NCBI GenBank assembly: GCA_054600435.1
Contig: BAAIJX010000002.1
Location: 496,001 to 560,000, forward strand
Origin: Neophaeotheca triangularis
Lineage: Eukaryota
Direction: 5' to 3'
Length of the DNA stretch: 64,000 bases
Under the pieces are notes generated by a model. It was not told the origin of the DNA. It did no database searches and saw only the letters and a program-made list of their open reading frames with translations. Positions 35,012-45,883 of this stretch are shown here, piece after piece. The number at the start of each line of letters is the position of its first letter. Position 1 is the stretch's first letter. Made by a program: the position numbers and the translations under genes.

Positions 35012-38000
35012 ATGTCGTCGACCGCAGAAGATAAGGAGAACATGGCGCCCCTGACCTCGAGTGATCCGCTGCAGCGCAAAGGCAACAGATCCCCGTCGCC
35101 GAAGAAGGCGAGCAAGAAGACAAGAAGCCACAGCATTGGCCCTGGTGGACTCGACGGCCCTGACAACACCGACAACGACGTGAAGAATAGACGCAAGGTA
35201 TACCACACTGCTCGCGCGCAAACTTACGCCGGTGCATCGTTACTGACCAACGCACCCAAGTCTGCGTTCCCCGCGACAAAGTCAATACTGCCGACCAAGG
35301 ATGAAGAGGCAGAAAGGAAGGCGGCGCGTCGCAAATCGCTCGGTAGGCCACCAAGAACAACGAACGAGGCAGCATGAAAACTATGCTAACTAGTCTAGCC
35401 AACCGACGCGTCTCATTCGCTCCCGAGGCTACCTTACACACCTGGGACGTCGTCGAATACATGCGCGACCATACCACATCGACAGAGTCATCCGATAGCA
35501 CGCGTAGAGCTTCGAATATGACTAGACATACTCCCGAACCATCTCCCAGCTCACCAATGGCGAGTTCGGACGACGAAGATGACGGACCTCCATCTACACC
35601 GCCCGAACAAGCCGACGAGGTCGAGAGTTCCCCGACCGAGCCGGCGCACCAGCGCGATCTTCACCAGAAGAAGAGACGAAGGAGCTCTGGGATTCCGCCG
35701 ATGAACTTCAACGACCCTAACGAGGCGTTCTCTTCAAGCCCGAACGCTGGAAGCAGCGATGTATCTGAAGACGAGGACGACACTGGAACTGCGATGAGTA
35801 TCGACATGGGCGATGAGGAGACTGCACGGTCTGCGGGCAGTGGCTCCAGCACTGGATCGAGTCGAGCTCTTGATGCTGCGCTTAGGCAGGCAGCGCAGCA
35901 GGCGGGCACGAGAGGTATCGAGTATGATGAGTACGGGGATATGTCCATGGAGATTGCAGGAGATGAGGTCACAAATGCTTTCAAACCGTGGGCTCAGAGG
36001 GGAGAACAATCGCTCGGATCCGCTTCCATGGACCAGGAAAACATCAACCCGTTCTCACCAGCGTTCAAAGCCGAGCTGGTAGCGGAGAAACGACCTAGGC
36101 CTGAAACCATACAAGAAGAGGAAGAGGGAGACGAGACAACCATGAGCATGGATGTTACGCGCGCTGTGGGAGGCATTGTGAAGGATCAGCGAGCAGAACC
36201 ACCAAGTTCGCCTTTTGGTGACGGCACAATGGACATCACTCAGGCGGTAGGGAAAATCCACCACAAGATGCTGGCACAGTCACCCAAGGGCAACACGGGA
36301 CAGAAGAGGGGACGTTCTACAACTGTGGATGGCTCTCCTGGGGTCGACGAGCAAGTAGCATCAACTAAACGCAGGCGCTCCTCTGTTGCGCGCTCGTCAT
36401 TCGGCGACGAGACCATGGACCTGACTGTCGCTATGGGCGGCATCCAGCACACAGGATCGCCGGCTAAACCAGCGCGTCGAAGGAGCGTTGGCAAACGCCG
36501 TTCGTCCGGAGTATTTTCGGAGCAAGAAGATGCCACCATGGACATGACCCGCGCTGTAGGGGGCATTCAGCCAAAGGATAAACAGAAACTGGAAGAGAGC
36601 TTCGATGAGAATGAAGAGCTTACCATGGAGCTGACGACGGCTATTGGCGGTATCGGAAACGACCAGCCGAAAGCAGAGGCGGACAAGGCACCCAGCACAC
36701 CTTCATCAAAGACAAGATCACCTGGAGGATCGGCTGCCACGACGCCCAAAGATCAGGAACCGTTTCAAGCATCTGCCGAATCTGGCCCGGTGAAGAACCT
36801 CACACCGGTATCTCAGAAGCAAACCCCACAAATCCCAGACCACAGCTCAGGCCGCACGACAAGATCTGCTGGTAGGGCAAAGCCCGCCCAAGCTCTTGAA
36901 GAGTTGCGCCATTCGTCGCCTAAGAACGTGACCCCTGAAGCCTCTCTGAGCGCAAAAGGAATCGTAGAAGATGGGAAAGACAGCAGTCAACGAGGCTCGC
37001 CTAGTGAAGGACCGGTGAACTATCCAGGACTACCAGCTCTGGAACAAGACGAGCTACCGCGCACTGACCCGGTCAACGAGGGCGATCAAACATCGAACCC
37101 GGGCCCAACTAGCAGCGAAGTGCGCCACCAAGCAAATTCCCAGCAACCGCAAGTTGAGCTGTCTCCTAGCGTTGAGAAACAACAAAGAACCACCCCGAAA
37201 AAGCAGGCGACCCGATTCGAGGCATCGACCCCTGAGGACCAGGGGTCTCCGAGCAGGGCGATCAACATTGCCGACTCGCTTAAGCTCATGTCTACGCCTA
37301 GGAAGGAGACGCTGAAGAACAGCACACCAAAGAAACAGACGCCTTCAAAGCCGACGCCACGCAAGATGGCAACTCCAAGATCCAAGTTGACGCCCAAACC
37401 CCGTTCACAAGCCCCCGCTTCACCAGCCCGACAGCTGAGCGACGATATTTCGAAATCTGCCGGCAAGCATGTGCCGAAGGTCCGCTTGAATGAGTTTTTG
37501 GACATGGCAGGCATCAGATTCATGGAGCTCACCACAACAAAGCGTCGAATGACTGTTGCGCCTACGCCGTCCAAAGCGCGTAGGGAAAGTTTGCAAAATG
37601 GCGAAGATGTCCCAAGCGAGCCCGAGGTCAACCTCGAGACCGCAGTAACCGCCGCAGCATGCACTGAGCCAGAGCTGGACATGTATGCCCATGCTTGTCG
37701 AGAGCTCAAGCATTACACATCTGAGGGCAAGGCAATCATCAAGGAGCTCGAAGCAGAAACCTACCATCAGACGCCTCCGTTGATCCAAGCCTATCTTTCT
37801 GCGGCCCCTGAGCGCAAAACTGCCATCGATGCTCAGTTGCGAGACATGAAGACGCAGGCGCGGTTTCGCAGCAAGGAGATGTGGTACGCATGGCGAGGCC
37901 AGTTGCTCGATGATCTGATGAAAGGTCTGCAGGGCATAGGAGAAGGTCTGATACAAGATGACGAGATGCTACAGCGCTCGGAGCAGATTCTGGAACAGGT

Positions 38001-39045
38001 CCTACCTCATTTACTTGAGCGTGGGGACCAGCTGAAGCACGAGGCCGAGCGGCTTGAAGAGGCCGCCTCAGCTGTCACAGCGGAAGAGAAAGAGGAGCTT
38101 GAAGCTGCTCGCGAACGAATGCAGGCTGCTGATCAGGAGCTCGATGAAAAGCGAAAGTTGTTGCAGGAGATGGAGCAAGAGCTTCAGGCGTACGAACAGA
38201 AAGCGGGTGATTTGCGCGAGAGCAAGGACGAGTTCGCCGCAGCTATCCAAGAGGCCGACCGGGTTCGCGACTCGTGCCGCACCGTTTCGGCCGAAGAAGT
38301 GGCGTCGTTGCAAGGTAAGTCCCAGCAAAAGTCTCACGCGCATCGTCCACACGTGCTAATCAAACACACAGAGAGGGTTCAGCATCTTGAGGACACCTAC
38401 AAGTGGACCATCAATTCGGCATCGTCGTCGCCTGCGACGGTCACCATGACCTACAAGCAGGATCTCCAGGTGTTCTTCCATCCCCGCGCGTTCAGTAATG
38501 ACAGTGCCCGCCCGAACTCTCCCATCAGTTTGACCTACATCGCCAACGAGCATCCTTACAATCCGAGGAAGATGACAACAACCCTACGATTCTTCCTACA
38601 ATTCTTGAGGGCCTCGCTACAGGCGTTGCCGCAATGCGAAACTCGTATCCAGGACCTCCTTTCGCTCGTTAGCTCAGGCTGGGACACCGCCCTGGAAGTG
38701 GTAGAAGCTCAAAGGCGGCTGTCCCTGCAACATCCGACTGAGGCGCGCATTGTTAGCGATGAGCGTCTGGCCATCTCCACTTCGATCCTACTTCCAAAGG
38801 TCCGGACGAAGGTCTCCGCCAATTTCGAGGTCGCAGTGACCGTTGGAGAGGGACTCATGTTGAGCTGCACGGTTGAACCCGGCGTTCGCGTTGTATATGG
38901 CGAAAAGTACAAGGAGGAGAAGATGCGGCAGTTTGTGAGTGAGCGGACGGGGGATAGCGTTCGTGGGTGGGACGGGGCGGTTGCTGAGTTGCGAGAGAAG
39001 CTTATCATCCGAGGCGCCAAAGGTGCTGCGACTCCTAAGAGATGA
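35012..39045 (+). CDS. SPC105: Kinetochore scaffold Spc105/Spc7 (KNL1)
   Basis: Introns 35198-35260, 35343-35398, 38315-38371. KSIL and RRVSF PP1-docking motifs, MELT-like repeats (MDVT, MDIT, MDLT, MDMT, MELT), coiled coil and C-terminal folded region. Head-to-head with RPS11 (about 350 bp). Confidence 0.92.
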
Positions 39046-39769
39046 CGGCACTAGGTTGCCAGGATTGATGTTTATTGATGAAATCTGACGATGCATGTTT
39101 TCAGAGCAGCGAAGCGTTATCAGGCGTTGATTTTGTGGATCTGACAGGGTTCTCGGCTTCTTCCTGGTATAGGTATCCAATCTTCTACTTTACTGGACCG
39201 ATCAGGCACCTGTATGTTGTAAATAATGCAACCACGCTACATGGGTTGCCCGATGTCTTCCGCCGATCCCAAGTCGCAAGGAAGACGTGCCTTCCTCTTC
39301 CGGAGTAGCGCATTGCCAAGCTTCGTCCATGTGTAAGCATGTCACCGAGCGGCGATTGCTGCCCGCCACGGGACATGGACCCGTGGACACCTCCATGAAT
39401 TTGAATGACCTCACGTCTGGGATGCCGTCTGCACATCTCCGCGCGTTCTGCGACTTGGCTCGAAGTGGAAGGTAAGTTACTGTGAGGAGAACGACAGCCT
39501 TTCGATGATAGGCTCGGCTCGCTGCTGTTGTCACGGCGATTGCGATTCCAGCAAGGACGTAATGGTCCCTCTTTGAGGAAGGCAAGTTAGGCACCTTCAG
39601 TTATTATGTAAAGGTAGGCTGGCACCGAAACACGATGGGAAACCCCTAATCACGCTTCTTCACTTTGCCTCCCAGCGTCTCTAGTTGAGGTTGATTACGC
39701 CAGGAGTCGCGAACACAAGCAGCGCCGCCAGAACTCGACACCCTGCTCATTCTGTGCTCATTCGAGGAC

Positions 39770-41470
39770 ATGGCTCCGCTACTCAGTGCTCTAGCGACGC
39801 TCTTGTACGCCGCCGCGACCGTCGCGCAATCCTGTCTCCCTGAGCCGATTAAGGGGCAGGAATTGCCGGCCTTGATCGATGCAACCACCGAGGACTTGGT
39901 CACTGGATTGGAAAACGGTCTCTTCACGTCGGTCGACCTTGTAGAGGCATATGTCGCACGTATCAATCAAGTCAACGGTACTCTACACTGCGTCACGGAA
40001 CTTGACCCGAATGCGGTAGCAAGGGCTCAACAGGCGGACGCCTTGCGTGCCAATGGTACCGTCTTAAGCCCTCTGCACGGTATCCCAATCTTAATCAAAA
40101 ATAACATTGCCACGGGCCCAGAGGATTCGATGAATAACACTGCCGGTTCGTATGCTCTGCTGGGCGCCACGGTATCTGAGCCTTCTACGATGGTGAAGAA
40201 GCTGAGAGCGGCCGGGGCAATTGTGCTGGGAAAGACCAACCTAAGCCAATGGGCAAACTTCCGATCAAGTAACAGCAGCAATGGTTGGTCGGCTTATGGC
40301 GGTCAAACTTACGGTGCCTACTACCCCCTACAAGACCCCTCGGGTTCCTCCTCAGGTTCAGGAGTGGCGAGCTCCATTGGTCTTGCCCTTGGGGCTCTAG
40401 GAACAGAAACTTCGGGCTCCATCTTGAGTCCAGCCGGTTTGAACAATCTGGTCGGTATTAAGCCTACCGTAGGACTGACAAGCCGACATCTGGTCATTCC
40501 CCTGTCGGAACATCAGGACACAATCGGTCCAATGACCCGGACGGTGAAGGTATGTAGGATGGGCTCCCATTCGAGACAAAGAAGCTGACTTGGCTGCCAG
40601 GACGCCGCTTACATTTTGCAAACGATTGCTGGATCTGATTCGAACGACAATTACACATTGGCAAGCCCTTTCAACAATAATTCGCTCCCAGACTACGTAG
40701 GAGCATGTGACTACTCAGCCTTCAGTGGTGCTCGCATCGGCATCGCCCGGAACGTACTTGAAGTCTACAGCAGTTTCCTCGCCGAACCGGTCCTCGATGC
40801 ATTTTACGAAGCTGTCTCCCAAATTGAGGCGGCTGGCGCGACCATTGTTGACGCCAACTTTACCGCCTTCGAGGAGTATGTCAACAGCAGCAGTCCGGGC
40901 GTCTTGGGCACCGACTTCGTCACGAATGTGGCAGAGTATCTGGCCGAATTGGACTACAATCCTTACGGAATTGAAACCCTCGAGGAGCTTCGAAACTTCA
41001 CACAATCATTTCCCCTCGAAGAGTATCCCGACCGTGACACATCGTCGTGGGATGATGCACTCGATCTAGGCTACAACAACACTAGCCCGGAATTCTGGTC
41101 AGTCTATCAGCAAGGCCTGTACTTCGGCGGCGAAGGCGGCATCCTGGGTGCCCTCGAGCGCACCAACACCACCGCCGTCTTGCTCCCAACCGACATATCC
41201 GCAGGTATACCAGCGCTAGTGGGCAGTCCGGTCTTAACCGTACCCCTGGGCTTCTACCCGGCCAATACAACTGTTCAAACGAACAGCAGAGGTCTAGTAG
41301 TGGAGGCTCCCAATATACCTTTCGGCATCTCTTTCCTGGGCGACATGTGGAGCGAAGCTGATCTCATTGGCTTTGCGTACGCGTACGAGCAACGTACTTT
41401 GCACAGGCAAGAGGTTTCGCCATACATTGTGCCGAATATTGAGCTTTCGGACTTTGTTGATGGGATGTAG
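39770..41470 (+). CDS. Secreted amidase (amidase signature family)
   Basis: Exons 39770-40549, 40601-41470. Signal peptide, GIPILIKNNI (Lys), SGSSSGS, GTETSGSI (Ser-cisSer-Lys triad), GIKPTVG. Confidence 0.9.
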
Positions 41471-42810
41471 GAGTATAGAGGTGGCGGGCTTTAAGTAGTG
41501 CTTGCAACCTTTTCATGGGAACGTTAATTCCCCAACCAGACACTATGTAACGATTCAAATCATAAACACATGGTCCTCTCCATAGGATGTAGATCCCATC
41601 GCGGCCATGTAATAAGATCTTGTTGTAATGACAGGCCATGAACTTGAGGCTCTGCAGTCACCGGTCTTGTCTAGTCATTATCACCCCCGCGATCAAAGAT
41701 ATGCTCTCAAGTGGCTTTGTCGCCAGCGGCGAGACTATTAGAACGGCAGTACCAACAGAGATCAGGTCTCTTCAAATGCCATGTAAGACTGCCCATCAGC
41801 TAGACTATAATATGACGAAATCTCTGCCTCGCAATCCGGTCCCTTACCCCCACTGCTGTTCCTGTCCCTTCATACTTTGCAGGGGCATAGGCCTTGCTAC
41901 CGTTCAAGGCTGTTACTGAGCTTCCGCCTGATGTAGTCAATAGGGACATTGTTTGAGAGAGCTACCGTATTCACTAATTTAGGTGTAGAGTGGCCTATGC
42001 TAGCAAAACACAGAGTAAGGTAGCTTAGCAGACAGCGCTACGGAGATGTTTAGCGACCGTGAAAGGTAGTAGCTGTCCAATATGCCTACCGTTAGTCAAA
42101 CCAAAGCCGTCAGTGTTCCCCTGACTTCGGAAACGCCGCGAACCCCTTGCTATTATTTTGGAGTCCTCCCCTTGAAGGCTATTGATGCACTGGCGGCACA
42201 GAACTAGTGTTGCAATACCGTCGTTGAGTATCGAGTTGATGTTGCACGAAGAACGCGGTATAGCCTCTGGATATTACAGTTGCAGTGGTCTGAGAGGGTA
42301 GACAGACTCCTTAGAGAAGCGTGCACTACAATTATTTCACGCGGGCACAAGATTAGGGGCTGATCCTAAGGACTGATCCTATCTGGAAACAACGCATACT
42401 ACCCAATCCGAGCTACGTAACGAGCGACTATGCAAAAAGCCTTATCCCGTAAGTCGTAACATGTGTGTAACGGATTCCATTCTTGCGCTGCGACCCTTGC
42501 AAGTCTTCTTTCTCAATCTTTACATCTGTTCGTCCGCAGTGTCTCGTAGTTTCCTCTTCCCGTCACTTCTCCATCCCTCGCCGTTGCAACAAAAGCCCAC
42601 AACTATCTTATCAACTCGCGCTGGATTAGCGCCTGCAAGCGACGTGGGACAGCATGCATGAGTGTGGGACTTGCCAACTCGCTCGATTGCTTTCTGACTC
42701 CAGTGGCATTTCCCGTTTGGTCGTTCGGCCTGAATGCCTTGGCAGGTAGTAGGGTGTCCATGATCCAGAATTGCATTTCAAGTCTTCTTCCTCTAAGTGC
42801 CAAATTTGCT

Positions 42811-44270
42811 TCACTTGGGAACCCACAGCTTCCTACCGCCACGCTGATTCGCTCCACCACGAGGCCTAATAAAGCTGTTTGGATCGATCTGCGGGTTGAT
42901 GCGAGCATCGTTGGCTTGAAAATGGGGTGGCGTTGGCTGCTGCTGCGGCTGCTGCTGTTGTTCACGCTGCATGCCGTTGCTGAAACCACCCCCGCGACCC
43001 GAGTTGACGTTTCCACGACCACGAGGAGAGCCGCGAAACACGCCGCGATTACCACGGAAAGACTGATTTTGTCCTCCTCGCGGAGTAGCACCGTTCTGGT
43101 GGTTGCCCTGGGCACCTTGCTGGCGGGGCATGCTCTGCGGAGTGCGCCCTCCAAAAGCATCCGGGTCCATGACCTTCGCATGACCATTGGGACTGCCTAG
43201 CATGGCAGCAGGAGCCTTTGGCGGTTCGATGTCAAGAGGATCCTCGCCGACCTCAATCTCCTTGACCGGCAATGTTGTCTGCGGTGCAAAGCTCGGGGGG
43301 CTGGAGATGACGACGTTCTCTTTACCGTGCACGGCCTGGCGGTTCTTGAACTCTCTATCCTCCCTGTTAATCGCATCGCGTAGCTGTTCCAGGCGCTTAG
43401 TGCGAATGTCGAAGTCCTTGGCATAAGCGGTCTTGGCATGATCGTTGCAAAGGAAGATGAAGGACTCGAGAGCAGCAATGGGATCGAGCTCTTGGTGAAT
43501 GCGCCAAAGAATGTAGTTGAAGAGCGGTCTGAGCCTGAGAGGTGTGCCTGTGACAGAGCTGGTATCTGGTGCTGTATAACCTGGGTACTGTAGCTCTTTC
43601 GCAGGCTGGGCGAGTGGGGGTGCGACGCCCTTGACGGGGCTGGTGGGTGGTGAGATCATTCCCATGGATGAGCCCACACTGTTCAGCGAAGAAGGAGCGA
43701 CAGATCCTGTTGCATCGCTAGCAATTGAACTCCCAGAGGCTTTGCCCTGGTCGTCGGCAAGGGTGAGCTTTGTAGTTGTGTCCTCTGGAAGATCGTCCGC
43801 GCTAGCGAAGTCGTCGACAGGATGGTCGTTCTCCGAGAAGAGGCCTTTGGGCAGTGCAAAGCGCTCAACCTCTGCCCAGTTCTCGTAGGTATCGAATCCG
43901 CCTTGTAGGATGACAATGTTTGTGTGCTTGGTGGTAGCATCTTCATCTAGCCACTTCAGAGTGTCGCGCACGTCCTCCCCATGTCGACCAGGCGCACCTT
44001 TCTGGCGATCGAGCTGCTCCAAGGCTGAGACCGTCAACAGGGTGCTACAAAGCACAAATTCAGAGTGATGCGCATACCATATAGCGGTACGAAAAGGCGG
44101 ATCTGGCCGTTCTGAACCCACTGCCTAATCCCATTCCTCGTGCTCTTCTTCACGCCAGCCACCAGCGCGGTCTCGTCGACGATGCAGTTGAAGATCTTTC
44201 TGGCAGCTTTGTCCGGGGTGTGTGGCCTAGGGCCGTGGAGTGAGACAGGGCGCGAACGTGAGGCGCGCAT
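42811..44270 (-). CDS. PIN-domain protein with RGG-rich tail, candidate Nmd4/SMG5-6-like NMD factor
   Basis: Exon 1 44270-44078, intron GTATGC...TTGAC...CAG, exon 2 44024-42811. PIN elements CIVDETAL, LFVPLYALEQLD, FIFLCND. RG-rich region and terminal RGGRKLWVPK. Confidence 0.7.
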
Positions 44271-44814
44271 ATTGTGTAGTCGTGGAAGTGAAGGTGAAGG
44301 TGGAAGTAATTGGTTGGTCGGCTCTTGAAGATAGGTAAGGTGGTGCGCAATCGCACAGAGCGGCGAAGAGTAGTGACGGTGGTTGTCGGGTCAGTGGGAG
44401 AAAGAGGCAGGGCTAGTTGGCGGGTGTTGATGGTTGAGGACAATCGCTCATTGTCAGCCGGGCTACGGTCCGGCAAGGGCAGGCGCAGTGAATGAAGGCC
44501 GACTCCTGCTTTTGGAATAGACGACAAGTGAGGAGAGGTTGCGCATCTTCTTCTTTGCGCCAAAGTGAACAAAGTCTTTGGTGTGCAAAGCAAAGCGAAT
44601 CCAGACCCGCAAGCAAGCAAGGTACCTGAGTGAAGTGAACGAACGACACCTCGAGCACCCACCAGTATTGCTTGGCACCGTACTCGAACTTGATTAGATT
44701 AGGGTGAGGGTTGGATAACTGGATAACTACATGTCAAACGGATATCGATACCGACACCGATACACCTCTCACCGTTTGCTGAACACCTCTACCGCACAAT
44801 AGTCATCCATCGTC

Positions 44815-45540
44815 ATGCCCACCGTTTTGGTCTCGGGCGCAGCCAATGGGCTAGGTGCTGCCTTCGTCGACGCCTATCGGAATCGGCCTGATACCCAGGT
44901 CCTGGCACTGGATCGCGAGACCATCGCTTCAACCCACAACAATGTCAAAACCTTCACCGTGGACGTTACCTCCCAAGATTCCATTGACAGGTTTACGGAA
45001 ACCATTCGTGGCGAAGCGATCGACCTACTTGTCCATTCGGCAGGTATTCGAGGGCTAGTGCCTACGGCTGAAGATCGCCACCCGGACGACGTCGCTGCTT
45101 GCGAGACCATGGACGTGATGGACCCGGAGACAATGCATCGGACTTTTCAAATCAACGCTACTGGGACCTTCATGCTGCTCAGAGCCGTTACGCCCAACCT
45201 GCAAAAAGCCCAGTCCGCAAAAGTGGTCGTTATGTCTTCACGCATGGGCAGTCTCGGTAACAATGAAGCTGGAATCCGCGCTGCAGGAAGTGCGTACGCA
45301 TACAGAGCTTCGAAAGCTGCGCTCAATGCGATCGTTCGTTCTTTCGCGGTCGATGTCCAGGACGTAACGTACGTACTGTGTCACCCCGGACGGGTTGAGA
45401 GTAAGCTTGTGAGATGCTTTGAAGAGGGTGCCATCTCTGCCGAAGAAAGTGTCTCGGGTTTACTGCCACTCATAGACAGGTGGGACAATTCGGACAGCGG
45501 CAAGTTCTACGATCGATTTGGAGATGCCATACAATGGTAG
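44815..45540 (+). CDS. Short-chain dehydrogenase/reductase, CsgA/C-factor-like
   Basis: SGAANGLG, HSAGI, SSRMGS, YRASKAALN and HPGRV motifs. 241 aa, intronless. Confidence 0.88.
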   Translation: MPTVLVSGAANGLGAAFVDAYRNRPDTQVLALDRETIASTHNNVKTFTVDVTSQDSIDRFTETIRGEAIDLLVHSAGIRGLVPTAEDRHPDDVAACETMDVMDPETMHRTFQINATGTFMLLRAVTPNLQKAQSAKVVVMSSRMGSLGNNEAGIRAAGSAYAYRASKAALNAIVRSFAVDVQDVTYVLCHPGRVESKLVRCFEEGAISAEESVSGLLPLIDRWDNSDSGKFYDRFGDAIQW

Positions 45541-45883
45541 ACGTAGAAATTTTAGACCACGACACCTTGTCTATCATATGTGTACAACATAGACGATACA
45601 TAGACGATAGAAGATGCACCCTCTCTGACGACCTTGAAACAAACTTCCCATGTAGACTGGGGTGCGTACGTAAAGACTTTTGTGCTCGGGCTCAGGCCAT
45701 CTACCAGGCGGCCCGCGAACTGTATGCTTACAGCACCAACCCATCGCGGAGTGTACATGAAACATTTCTGTGTACACAGAAGCCACAGCCTCCCTAAGAA
45801 ACAAAACGCCCAGCTTAAACGCACGAGTAATGCCTGCGGGAGACGTCGAAAAGCAAAGAAGAGCACACGAGTGGCGCCCGCGT

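Noticed and set aside
41640..42600. TpA-rich intergenic stretch with a short CTGATCCTA duplication, possible RIP relic
   Set aside because: Not strongly AT-rich and no transposon motif or terminal repeat visible. A RIP index and repeat search would be needed.
42603..43200. Overlapping 180-194 aa ORFs at the end of the PIN gene
   Set aside because: Alternative-frame and antisense shadows of a GC-rich low-complexity coding region.
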